DNA of 64,000 bases, from assembly GCA_041747555.1 (NCBI GenBank), contig JBGTEY010000003.1:19127-83126 (forward strand), in the 5' to 3' direction. Under the pieces are notes generated by a model, which saw only the letters and a program-made list of their open reading frames with translations, was not told the DNA's origin and did not search any database. The translations under genes and the position numbers were made by a program. The number at the start of each line of letters is the position of its first letter. Within the stretch, counting starts at the first letter, position 1. Source of the DNA: Patescibacteria group bacterium (GTDB taxonomy: Bacteria > Patescibacteriota > Microgenomatia > UBA1400 > PJMF01). Positions 31,201 to 40,155 of this stretch are shown here, one piece after another.

Positions 31201-31759
31201 TGCTCGGTGTGAGGAGGGTAGTCCAAGAATTACCAGCGGCGAAAACGCACAGCATGTTTTCTCACTTGCCGATCCAAACTGTACCATCTATGAGGAGAGC
31301 GTTCACAACATTCCGGGCTGGAAAAATGAAAATGAATCCTATAGACCATGTGACGAACTGTACTCATATGTAGCCTGCACCTACCCCAACACGCTTATTG
31401 AAAATCAGGTGAATGCAGCAGGGGAATTTGTAGACGAAGGCGTAATGACCGCATGCGAATATGTCGTCCAAAGAGCGCAAGCTGCCGGCATCAGTCCCCG
31501 ATTCGCACTTGCAATGTGGGGTGAGGAGTCCGGATTTAGTAATTATGGCGGACCTGATTTGGGAGCAATATTTGTGGATTATCCCAACCTTGGTACACAA
31601 ATGACGGCATTTATTGGGGCGGTGAATGAGAACGATAATTACTTGGATTTTCTGGTTCAATACTCTGAAGGAACTTCGAATGTTGGCACGAACCGATTCT
31701 GCTCAAATCCCTGGTTCGTTGGTCGACTAAAAGAGTACCACGAATTTTTAGGACCTTGA
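28235..31759 (+). CDS. Large secreted Cys-rich protein with putative clan GH-A N-domain and lysozyme-like C-domain
   Basis: Signal AQA|Q; YGNEVNN and ILTEFS (acid/base and nucleophile-like Glu); C-terminal GISPRFALAMWGEESGF. Confidence 0.65.
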   Translation: MLKNLFSLAVFFVMVVFGLFSANAAQAQTVGSHLGVGDIGGQISNIQVLRANGAGQGFPVTALLNVNTAGNNEQSMRDLQFEITEAGFYPIIRITHVCDPALTEPFVRAAIDNINATFTQEHTIVYGNEVNNAAAECPDPEQYVREYNWINDMANVVPAALDFYNGDFPTSTFFTAGNGSAGTIYSGNGPFAANAYGCVGTLDPTCEPATTDTHEQGYARYSSADYYILTEFSLSPEGRVPGAPDTNLEKVIEFIQGRAGDTGARYITPLVRNVCNNEGEWLLYVNGRLFTMNSTEVTDNCEGNPGGYGDGYPFYDVSDSDFYITPIKSLGLNIDPAAKSAAIRSELAQSGYEAYCAMDGITVRPEYNSMDLINRFLELQTEGRADPLLGATANSVAVLDFTTAKTPVWRDVGVGTRRFMMTSLEEYFSFKDVYDVPGSTNATREVASGAINSLLTTHQRCVQSAKTIVATQLMCEKLEDLGSSCALRSREVPGTNYTMQTIIDEMNKVAEATGNHPRAGEEVAFCDDVIYDFEEISEITQEFRKGILNVNLHMDRAYRLAFLVARITTLSPGDGTFANMFNFFTGTTRSGIPRDEVLIIAFKVPDFATNRGGGESSGSYYWEDAAYLTRNALITKDRIAEINDELRAAKRNEIEANANSAGNRSQGTGDKIFCIDGAFPDGNGSQACKTPVGKAVVDIINGNGTACSEDIEPANQISDAAGLNPIPPEQNTGKIFTAENGGDVLMNLFFGDGTHLRNDVYDPQAARTTPQGATFGQFQTVWDITPDSWPPTVGSTSVEFYLTYPAGFEQEYIEQVLAGTFFTQQELANIRGENLEIPADPELKDRFSMIGGLFGLNTGSISHTFTDPDDCELVEPEPIIDPETGEEVIYPYIDPETKKLITGPPPPTEVCKEKTFSISIDTDPVDSVQILGARIGFWSRTAQLKISSYFSQSHAYLLSCSTTEEFLLGNCAGGAPPVIADPVPDIPPVARCEEGSPRITSGENAQHVFSLADPNCTIYEESVHNIPGWKNENESYRPCDELYSYVACTYPNTLIENQVNAAGEFVDEGVMTACEYVVQRAQAAGISPRFALAMWGEESGFSNYGGPDLGAIFVDYPNLGTQMTAFIGAVNENDNYLDFLVQYSEGTSNVGTNRFCSNPWFVGRLKEYHEFLGP

Positions 31760-31803
31760 TCCCAAAGGTCATATTTCACACTATTTAGAAAAACAGATAT
31801 GTA

Positions 31804-32745
31804 TCATCCGCCAGACGAAGTTCTTGTTGGCTGATAGTTGAGCGAACCAGGCTTAGGATTATTTGAACGGGAATTGTTTTTGGATGGCTGAGATTTTTGT
31901 TGTGATGGTTTGTGGGAAGAATACTTCTTTTCCCCCGGTGTAATCGTGATGCTGGCATTTGATCCCGAATCAGATCGTTTTGTATCACTAGCTCGCACTG
32001 CTTTACTCTTCTGCGCGCGCTCAGCCCCACTCCGCATCAATCGAGCGATGGTTTCAAACGTGTCTGCTGTCATACCAGGTGACTGAAAATTATCGGTGAC
32101 ATGCTCGATACCTCGCAATAAACCTGTCGCCGTTTCTGCAGAAACCGGCAATTGGGTTTCCTGCAGTAAGCGAGCCAATAGCTCACTACTTGATGAATAT
32201 CCAGAAGTATTAATATTTAATACGGCAAATGACGCATCAAACGCTGCAATAGATATCACACTTGCATCGCGATAATGATCCTCATATCCAAAATAAAGCT
32301 GCTTTAAGTCTTCGAGGTCACGAACTCCAATGAGAATAATAACTTCAGCGGCTATACCGGTGTAAGAAAAATCGACTTTGCTTGAGTCAAGTGGTGGGTG
32401 TCCTTGCTTGGGCTTAATTGTGAGATAAAATTTTCCTGAATCATCCCCTATATGGTAGCTAACTTTATCAACTGACTCCTCTGAATACTCAAAACTAATA
32501 GTTAAATTCTGATTACCGATCTCTGTGACCATGGTGGCAAGCCCGCTAAAAGCTGCTTGAGATGCAGGCTTTTCTGGTGAAGCGAGGGTTACTATTTTTC
32601 CCTGCTCTACAAGTGATTGTGCTAGTGCGCTCGCAACCCCAAGTTGGTCAAACGTTGGATCTGTCCCAAATGCCACCACAATTCTTTCTGCATCATTGAT
32701 GATGCTTTGAAATTGGGTGGAGTGCTGTGACTGAATCATAATCAA
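31804..32745 (-). CDS. DHH-family phosphoesterase-like protein, catalytic motifs degenerate
   Basis: NrnA-like layout (PTFDQLG, SSSSELL, ATGLLRGI..VTDNFQ, TFETIARLMRSGA) but no DHH; basic low-complexity tail. Confidence 0.65.
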   Translation of the reverse strand: MIMIQSQHSTQFQSIINDAERIVVAFGTDPTFDQLGVASALAQSLVEQGKIVTLASPEKPASQAAFSGLATMVTEIGNQNLTISFEYSEESVDKVSYHIGDDSGKFYLTIKPKQGHPPLDSSKVDFSYTGIAAEVIILIGVRDLEDLKQLYFGYEDHYRDASVISIAAFDASFAVLNINTSGYSSSSELLARLLQETQLPVSAETATGLLRGIEHVTDNFQSPGMTADTFETIARLMRSGAERAQKSKAVRASDTKRSDSGSNASITITPGEKKYSSHKPSQQKSQPSKNNSRSNNPKPGSLNYQPTRTSSGG

Positions 32746-32922
32746 ACAAAAATACTAGGAGTGTGTCATTTTTATACCAGTCCACATTTGTAAATACAAG
32801 TAGTACTGCAAATATGATCATAAAAATGCCACTATTGTGCGCCTCACTCACGCTTAAAACAGCCGTCAACTCAATGAAATCCACCGTAGGCGGATCTCTC
32901 CTGTCTGCTATAATAAAACGCA

Positions 32923-34611
32923 ATGTTGAAAAAAGCTGCCACTTGGCTATTGATCGCAGTCTGCGTTTCTAGTGCATTTTTTGCGCTATCTCCAAGTATC
33001 GCTTTTGCTCAGGATGAAGAATATGCACCCTACAGCGCAGGTCAGGCAATGCTTGATAAAGAGCAGTACGATGCAGCTATCCGAAATTGCGACACCCCCT
33101 CACTTGAGTGCTTAGTGCACCAAATTTATAAATTTTCGATGATTGAATCAGTTAATTCAATTGCATACCGAGAAGGTCTGTCCGGCCCTGATGCTGGAGC
33201 TGGCATTAATGGTGGTACACAGGTCGCAAGATCTGGAGGTTTTGTTGGTGATGTTTTTGGGCTAATTGGCACATTTTATGAACAACCTCCTGCACGCACT
33301 AATGTTTGGGTGGCTGACACACTTGAAAGCATGAATATCGCGCAGCCCGCACAGGCTCAAGGCCTTGGGTTTGCAGCGCTCGACCCTATTCTCGATCTCT
33401 GGAAATTATTTAGAAATGTAGCATATGTGTTTTTTGTAGTTATTTTTGTGATTATTGGTTTCATGATCATGTTTCGCACCAAAATAGGTGGTCAAACTGC
33501 CGTAACCGCCCAACAAGCCATCCCCAGCATCATTATTAGCTTGATACTCGTTACATTTTCCTATGCCATCGCTGGATTTATGATTGATTTGATGTACGTG
33601 ATAATGTTCCTGATGGTTGGACTCTTCGGCACAACGATGACCACACAACAACCAGATATCATTAGTTGGAACATACTAGAATTAATGGGACACCTTTTCA
33701 AACATCCTGAGATAAGTAGCTTTAGTGGTAATGTTGACACAATTACTACCATGATTGAGGGAATGGCTGACAATGAAGCAATTGCTGGTGTTGGTGGCTT
33801 AATTGGTGGCATCACCCTTACGTTTGTGCTGGCTATAGCAATCCTTATCGGCACGTTTAAGCTCTTCTTTGAGTTACTCAAGTCATACGCAAGTATTGTG
33901 CTTGATGTGATTATTGCCCCAATTTACTTGATGGTCGGTGCAATTCCCGGCAGACAAGGGGTGTTTAAAGATTGGATTCGCGACTTAGCTGGAAACCTTG
34001 CGGCTTTTCCTGCCGTGCTACTTATGACGATCTTATTTTATGAATTTAGCGAAAACCAAGCGTTTCAAAGTGTTGACGACTACGGTGGTTTCATGCCTCC
34101 ATTTCTATTAGGTAGAGGCCAACCTGGCGCAATATCTTCACTACTAGGCTTGGCAATTATTTTGGCACTACCAGAGATCGTGAAGGAAGTTAAGACTGCA
34201 GTTGGAGCTAAAGAAGGTATTGGTACGAAGATTGCCGGATGGGCAGCATCGACAGCGAAGCAAGGTGTACCGTTGGGTGGACGAGCAGCGAGCATTCCTA
34301 TTGGCGGTGCGCTCGGTGCTGCGGGCAAGATGGTTGGCAATTTACCTGAAGCTAGAAGAAACAAAAGTCTGGAACACTTATTTGACGGAACTCTTGGCGC
34401 AGCAAGAAGAGGCGCTGGCAGAGGTGTTGAGGCAACAAGTTGGGCATCGAGGTCTATGGGAGCAAATCAACCAGATGTTCTCAACCTCATTACAAACCCA
34501 ATTGATAAAGTGCTAGGAAGTGATTCTATGAGAAGACAAGAAGCGTTCCAGCAGGCATATGAAGACGTCTTCCAAAGAGGCAGGAGTGTCTCTTCTCGCG
34601 ACCCCAAGTAG
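32923..34611 (+). CDS. VirB6/TrbL-like polytopic membrane protein
   Basis: Signal AFA|Q; WKLFRNVAY..IGFMIMFR, LILVTFSYAIAGFMIDL, IIAPIYL..GAIPG, about 7 TMs, Gly/Ala-rich cytoplasmic tail. Confidence 0.68.
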   Translation: MLKKAATWLLIAVCVSSAFFALSPSIAFAQDEEYAPYSAGQAMLDKEQYDAAIRNCDTPSLECLVHQIYKFSMIESVNSIAYREGLSGPDAGAGINGGTQVARSGGFVGDVFGLIGTFYEQPPARTNVWVADTLESMNIAQPAQAQGLGFAALDPILDLWKLFRNVAYVFFVVIFVIIGFMIMFRTKIGGQTAVTAQQAIPSIIISLILVTFSYAIAGFMIDLMYVIMFLMVGLFGTTMTTQQPDIISWNILELMGHLFKHPEISSFSGNVDTITTMIEGMADNEAIAGVGGLIGGITLTFVLAIAILIGTFKLFFELLKSYASIVLDVIIAPIYLMVGAIPGRQGVFKDWIRDLAGNLAAFPAVLLMTILFYEFSENQAFQSVDDYGGFMPPFLLGRGQPGAISSLLGLAIILALPEIVKEVKTAVGAKEGIGTKIAGWAASTAKQGVPLGGRAASIPIGGALGAAGKMVGNLPEARRNKSLEHLFDGTLGAARRGAGRGVEATSWASRSMGANQPDVLNLITNPIDKVLGSDSMRRQEAFQQAYEDVFQRGRSVSSRDPK

Positions 34612-34708
34612 CGCTTTGGTCTCACGGAAAATTCCACATATTTCTTGACCACAAATAGAAGCATGAAAAGTTGAATAGTTTGGGATTTTTCCAACAGACT
34701 TGTAGTGA

Positions 34709-37700
34709 CTAATGATCTGCAGCCTGCTGCTGCTCTTTGATGGAGGGCTCTCTGAGGTAGCGCTTGAGTTTTCTATTGAATCGAGCCTCAAACCACCACG
34801 GCGATCGAATTTTGAAATTGATAGCTGGGATCGTAAATTCAGGAATAGCTGGTAGCTTGACCTTTTTGGGCTTTTCGAATCCAATAGTTCTAAAGGCTTT
34901 GCCCCTCAACTTGGAGAACAGCCTTGTATCGTTGACATCTTCACCCTTCAGTCTGAGACTTGTACCGTCTACAATTTTTTGCACCACGTAATCCCTTAAT
35001 ACATCTGGGAAGGTCTCTGCTTTGTTAAAGAGCTCTACTGAAACATCTCTAAATGACTTTGCCTTTACGAGTCTAGTTGGTTTTTTCGACTTCTCGTCAT
35101 ACTGATCGTAAATATCTTTTACATACCTCAATATCATCTCCTGACACGCTCCGATGAAGACATCGTAATAACGTGTTCCAACTAGGATGGGGTAAATTCC
35201 CTTGAGAGGTGAAAAGGCTGAGATAATTTGTCCGATTCCACTCGAGAGATCGTCCTCGTGTGTCAAGGTTGGTGGCTTGTTTGCGAGATTCACAAACTCT
35301 AACCATGAATTCATCGTTTTTATATACTCTGTGTATGTAATACCGCCATAATCACCCCCATCTCTGTCCAGAATGAGGTCCCAAATATAAGGGAAGAATG
35401 CCAGATCATCACCAACTTCAATTCCCCTCATCTTAGAAAGTGTTATTCTTCTATCAACCAACTCTCTGGCCTCAATAAATTCTTCCACATTGTCATCACC
35501 TTTGACCTTGGTTTTCCATTCAGTTCCTGTATTCCCCCTATATTTGAACCTACTCACATCTGGTGAGCGCTCCCCAGTGCTCTCAGATAGTACTTTCGTA
35601 CCATAGCGATCATTTGTGGGGAGTCGCAAGACCTGCCAAAGTATTTTTAGTTCTTTGGGAACGAATGCGAATGAGCGAATTTTATACATGATGTAGGACA
35701 TTGGCGACGCCTGCTTAATTGCAGAAATATCCCATGTTGGTTTATTTGTCTCAATGTATGCTGCCAAGTGAGGTGCATAGGCCTTTGCCCGCAGTTCCCC
35801 GATGAGCGCCATGAGTTGTATCCCAGTAATTGAAGATGGTTTTAAATCTGGGAAGAGAGCCTGAAGGACGTCACCTATGTTCAATTTTCCTTGCTTAAGT
35901 TCGAAATCTCTAGGATTTCCAAACCTACCATAATCATGCTCTAAGGGAATTGGTCTCCCGTTAACCAACTTTGTCGAACTCGACTCAACTACGAGAAGTT
36001 TTCCAATCACTGCTCCAGCATCGTTGCGAACCACTGGCGTACCTCCCCTCCCCTTATCAATCTTATGTATGGCAGGGTCGAGTGAAACTCGAGCACCTCC
36101 CATGAGAACGAAATTTTCTTTCTTTATCTCCTTTAGGCATCCAATATAGTCACCATTTTTATTTTTCAGTGGATTGCCATTATCGTCAACGTATGTGATT
36201 GTGCCGGCTAGAAATAGTTCTTCGATTTTCTCTGCTGCTCTATAATTTTCGGGGTCACTGAGAAATTCACGCATATCTGCCAAGCCAACCTCACCGCTAA
36301 TTTTTGCTCTCGATTCATCAAGGCTATCCCAGGCAAGTTGATTAAAGACATCTGAATTAGCAGCCCCAATAAATGCATCCCACAACAGCAATTTAATTGC
36401 CCATTCTTTTTTAGCTCCTATTTCTTCAGCAATTTCTCTAATTCTTTCTGCTTTCTTTAAAATTACTCCTTCGGAACCAGAACCTTTAGATGGTTTTTCT
36501 GATGAAACAATTTGACCGTATAGGACCTCCAGCTCATTTTCAAGCCTTTCCCTCTCTGGTAATCGCTGAGCAATATCAATTGCCTCAGTGAGGTGCTCTA
36601 CCGCCTTGGCGTGTCTACCAGATAAGTTATTTTCTCCAACGAGGTAGTTAATTATTTCTATAATTATTGGATTGTGGTCGTAATTTGCTCTGTTAAGTAA
36701 ATCTCTTGTCTGAGCGGCTTGGTATGCAGCATCAAGCGCTATTTTTATTGCTTCAAGAGAGGCCTTGGTGTGTGCGTCTGCTCGACTAGAGTGTGGCGCG
36801 ATATTCGCCAAATCGATATCTAGCGTAGTGTCAACAGCATCTGATAGCGGCTTCACCAACTGTCTGTACTGAGCCACTTCTTCACGTTCTGTGCCTAGCT
36901 TAATAGCCTCGGCATTTCGTGCTTCTCTTTCGTTGGCTCGCTGCAGCAATTTCTCTAAATGTTGCTTTCTGAGTGCATCTGTCGTCCTACGCACCAATGA
37001 CTCAAGCCTTGACAACTGGTTCCTCAACTCTTGTTGTTGTTGAGCAAGGTCTTGTTGAGAGGCTGGTACGCCCGTGTTTAATATATCAAGCAAATTCTTT
37101 AGGAGACCTGCCTCATATTTTTGTTTCCAATCTTCAAATTCTTTGTTTTTTAATCTCTTCACCCGAGTCTCAACATCTGCCAAAACTTGCTCGGCTGGCT
37201 TGACATATTCCCGATCTAAGAAGTCGGCAACTTGCCTTTTATTTCCACGAGATGAGCCTGGAATTTCGGAGTCAGCAATAGCATCTTTCAACCCACTCAG
37301 AAAAGTTCGTAGCTTACTCACATCTCTATCTTTTTCTGGATTCCAGTCGGGTTCATTCGCCAATCTAGTGGCAATTGAGGTCATGAGTGGTCCAACTTTT
37401 TTGGCGTCATCGGGATGCTTATCTGCAGGCCAGTTGGCTACGTCAATTTCTCTTGGTTGCTGAGGTTGATCAGGTGGTTGTGCCAGAGGTTCGCCGGTGA
37501 GCGCTCTGACTTCGCGTATCAAATCGTCAATTTCATCACTCCTTGGGCCAATGCTCATGTACTCCCGCGAGAGCTTGTCAATTTCTTTTTCCAAAAGAGT
37601 TCGGCCATACACTCCTGCGTCCCTTTTCAAACCAAGTAGTCTATCCTTGAATGGTTGAAATAAGTCAGCAGCTTCAGCTTTCTTTTGTGGATCTTTCGCC

Positions 37701-37933
37701 TGATTCTGACGCAGAGCTGCAAGTTCTTTTGCCGTTTCTATCAAGTCAATTAAGTTATTTAATTGGTAAATATCACCCTCCGCCTCATTGGTGCGGTTAT
37801 CAAGAACGTCCGCTTTTTCATCCAACACCTCATGGTCTGACTTGGCATCATTAATGAGATCGTTTATTTCCTTCACCAAATCTTTAAGTGGTTTGGAGTA
37901 GTCTTCGCTTCGCGATGTGGTTTCTTTTACCAT
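34709..37933 (-). CDS. Large hypothetical protein (1074 aa), N-terminal coiled coil, no signal peptide
   Basis: Long ORF; TGg-TATAAT 8 nt before ATG. Confidence 0.8.
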   Translation of the reverse strand: MVKETTSRSEDYSKPLKDLVKEINDLINDAKSDHEVLDEKADVLDNRTNEAEGDIYQLNNLIDLIETAKELAALRQNQAKDPQKKAEAADLFQPFKDRLLGLKRDAGVYGRTLLEKEIDKLSREYMSIGPRSDEIDDLIREVRALTGEPLAQPPDQPQQPREIDVANWPADKHPDDAKKVGPLMTSIATRLANEPDWNPEKDRDVSKLRTFLSGLKDAIADSEIPGSSRGNKRQVADFLDREYVKPAEQVLADVETRVKRLKNKEFEDWKQKYEAGLLKNLLDILNTGVPASQQDLAQQQQELRNQLSRLESLVRRTTDALRKQHLEKLLQRANEREARNAEAIKLGTEREEVAQYRQLVKPLSDAVDTTLDIDLANIAPHSSRADAHTKASLEAIKIALDAAYQAAQTRDLLNRANYDHNPIIIEIINYLVGENNLSGRHAKAVEHLTEAIDIAQRLPERERLENELEVLYGQIVSSEKPSKGSGSEGVILKKAERIREIAEEIGAKKEWAIKLLLWDAFIGAANSDVFNQLAWDSLDESRAKISGEVGLADMREFLSDPENYRAAEKIEELFLAGTITYVDDNGNPLKNKNGDYIGCLKEIKKENFVLMGGARVSLDPAIHKIDKGRGGTPVVRNDAGAVIGKLLVVESSSTKLVNGRPIPLEHDYGRFGNPRDFELKQGKLNIGDVLQALFPDLKPSSITGIQLMALIGELRAKAYAPHLAAYIETNKPTWDISAIKQASPMSYIMYKIRSFAFVPKELKILWQVLRLPTNDRYGTKVLSESTGERSPDVSRFKYRGNTGTEWKTKVKGDDNVEEFIEARELVDRRITLSKMRGIEVGDDLAFFPYIWDLILDRDGGDYGGITYTEYIKTMNSWLEFVNLANKPPTLTHEDDLSSGIGQIISAFSPLKGIYPILVGTRYYDVFIGACQEMILRYVKDIYDQYDEKSKKPTRLVKAKSFRDVSVELFNKAETFPDVLRDYVVQKIVDGTSLRLKGEDVNDTRLFSKLRGKAFRTIGFEKPKKVKLPAIPEFTIPAINFKIRSPWWFEARFNRKLKRYLREPSIKEQQQAADH

Positions 37934-38064
37934 ACCCTGTAATTATACCACCAACCCACCCACACAATCCACCCACACTCGAGGTTTTATCGCGGTGGCA
38001 TCATGAACTACTAAAATCGCTTTCCACTTGCCAAGCGTCTAAAAAATATGATACAAAATGATCC

Positions 38065-38185
38065 GTAGTTATTTGTGGAATCTGGTGGAACTCCAGAACT
38101 GTGCCGCAACGGTTAAAGTCCGATCTTCAGATAACGCTTGGGAGTTTTTCTCTCGAGTAAACCGACGAGCATCGGGCACGCACCA
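38065..38185 (+). ncRNA. Cobalamin riboswitch-like leader (class II / AdoCbl-variant architecture)
   Basis: GGAA-TCTGG-TGGAACT-CCAGA-ACTGT-GCCGCA-ACGGT-TAAAGTCCGA core; closing stem GTTATTTG(38068)/CAGATAAC(38128); GGCAC (38175) complementary to GTGCC (38101). Confidence 0.78.
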
Positions 38186-38226
38186 GAGTTTTTTTCAAAA
38201 AAAACTATTAAATTTGCGCACCCATG

Positions 38227-38250
38227 CTCCTCTTAAACGAGGAGTTTTTT
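38227..38250 (+). terminator. Terminator/anti-SD hairpin, probable riboswitch expression platform
   Basis: CTCCTC-ttaaac-GAGGAG followed by TTTTTT; the 3' arm is the SD of the TTG start at 38249. Confidence 0.65.
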
Positions 38251-40147
38251 GTTAGCCACACCAGAGAGATCCCCATCATTTAGGCACGCCAAAGTTCGAT
38301 TCGGTGAACGCGTGAACAGAAATCTTGATCAAATTTCTGCGCTGCTTTCCAGAAGAAAACATGAGCTTTGGGACTCAAGCGCATATTTTAATCATCTTTT
38401 GATCTCTAAAAATGCAAGGCAAAGCACGCAGCGTCTCAAGCTCGATCTCACCACTTTTTTCCATGAATACGTTGGCATGTTCTGGAAAAAAATCTATCCC
38501 TACTCCAAGTACGGTATTTTTGACGGGTATGACGTGCCAATGAGTCAGTTGGGATGGAATTTTGAAAGATTGCTCAAAAATGAAGGTAAATGCACAATTC
38601 GTGCCAGCCTCGAAACACTCGGAATGCAAACTTTCGAAGACTGGGCTGATGATGCAACAGTGCCAATTGGTGCAGCGCTGCTCTACATCAGTCCTCGGGG
38701 ATCAAGAACTAAAGAAAACTATCCAGGATTTGAAAAAGAAAATTATGTTTTTATCAATATTTTTCAAAAAATTGGTTTAAATCAGCACCAACTTATTCAG
38801 TACACGAGCTTTGACGGCGAGGATGCGCTTGAAAAATTACAGCTTGACGTGCTCAAGTCATGCACTGGATCGTCAATCACCACCCACTCCAATCAAGTAA
38901 ATACCGATGACTTATCACAATCACACAGCATTATCGCAAGGAAAATTAAACTCCCTACTTGTTTTTCAATCAAAGACATTGAAGAAAAAGTCTACGAACA
39001 TGAATCAAGTTGGCCGACTAAACGCAAGGATTTACCCCAAGTAGACGAAGTTCAGTTTGGGTTCGAGCTCGAGCGACTACTTAAATTCTGTGAATCTGCA
39101 TTCTTGACCCTAGCGCATCAAAATCACGAATCTTCTGAGGAGCTAAAACCATCACATCTGCAAAAATTTGCCGAATTCCACCAAGAAATTGATGGCGCAT
39201 CTTTACCACCAGAGAAACAATTTGACATACTCATCGCCTGCGCCCGGAAAGAATTTTTAAAATGGGTGCAAGATCATTCAGAAAACTACCACACCAAGTC
39301 GATCACACTGCAGCCACTTGCTCTGGAAAAGATCGTTGAGTTGTGGGGGCACGAATGTCTTAAGGAAACCAGGCAACTCAAGGGCAAGCAAAAATCACAC
39401 CTTAGAGAACTGCATGAGTCGATTGCTCTTGACCCAACTCTTCCGCTCATGAAGCTCTCAAGTCTTGCGCACTGCATTGCCTTCACTCCCCACTCAGTTG
39501 CACTGAATTTAGTAAAGTTTCCACAGGTAAGTTGGGGAGTCGGGATGTCTGCCCAGCTACTAAACCTTTCTTCTTTAGAAAAATCGGACGCGCTCGCGGA
39601 GCTCAAGCAACACTATGTGCAAAAAAACCTTTTTGGTCAGCGGTGGTATATTTTGCGAACTGAAAGTCATGAGTACACCGAACTCACCTGCATACTTAAA
39701 AATGGAGACGTGATTGGTCCGTGTGGCATTCCACTCAACGAAGATCGTGAATTTTGCCTATCAGCCGAAGCTTATGACCAGCTACTGTCAACGCTCAGCG
39801 TCAACAGTCCACACACAAAGCTTACTACGTTACAATCACATTTTAACAACTCAGATCTCACACAAGATGAAAAAAATCATGCAGATCAATTTATGACATT
39901 TCTCGAGACGCTTGTTCGACACACCGCAAGTTTACTCGAATTTATAAACAACGATTTTTACTCACCGCTTGCAAACCAGATACTTGCGCTCATAGAAGAA
40001 CTTCCCGATCCGCTTATGATTGTTAAAAGCCCTCATTTTTTTGTTAAAAAAATAGCAGTATTTCTCCAAGATATCGATGAAACCCTCCTCCCGCTCTTTT
40101 TCTCTCAAGAACTCCGCACCTCACCAACAGTGAAAAAAACGGTATAA
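38249..40147 (+). CDS. Hypothetical protein (632 aa) downstream of the riboswitch
   Basis: Long ORF, GAGGAG SD; YISPRG..NYPG motif; several Cys/His (HCIA, GPCG). Confidence 0.8.
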   Translation: MLATPERSPSFRHAKVRFGERVNRNLDQISALLSRRKHELWDSSAYFNHLLISKNARQSTQRLKLDLTTFFHEYVGMFWKKIYPYSKYGIFDGYDVPMSQLGWNFERLLKNEGKCTIRASLETLGMQTFEDWADDATVPIGAALLYISPRGSRTKENYPGFEKENYVFINIFQKIGLNQHQLIQYTSFDGEDALEKLQLDVLKSCTGSSITTHSNQVNTDDLSQSHSIIARKIKLPTCFSIKDIEEKVYEHESSWPTKRKDLPQVDEVQFGFELERLLKFCESAFLTLAHQNHESSEELKPSHLQKFAEFHQEIDGASLPPEKQFDILIACARKEFLKWVQDHSENYHTKSITLQPLALEKIVELWGHECLKETRQLKGKQKSHLRELHESIALDPTLPLMKLSSLAHCIAFTPHSVALNLVKFPQVSWGVGMSAQLLNLSSLEKSDALAELKQHYVQKNLFGQRWYILRTESHEYTELTCILKNGDVIGPCGIPLNEDREFCLSAEAYDQLLSTLSVNSPHTKLTTLQSHFNNSDLTQDEKNHADQFMTFLETLVRHTASLLEFINNDFYSPLANQILALIEELPDPLMIVKSPHFFVKKIAVFLQDIDETLLPLFFSQELRTSPTVKKTV

Positions 40148-40155
40148 TCGAGAGT

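Noticed and set aside
32693-32972. Small ORFs or an ncRNA in the DHH-virB6 intergenic gap
   Set aside because: No convincing structure or translation signal; the gap is adequately explained by divergent promoters
38058-38255. 65-aa ORF upstream of the 632-aa gene
   Set aside because: It coincides with the riboswitch aptamer and expression platform; a leader peptide is not excluded but is unsupported
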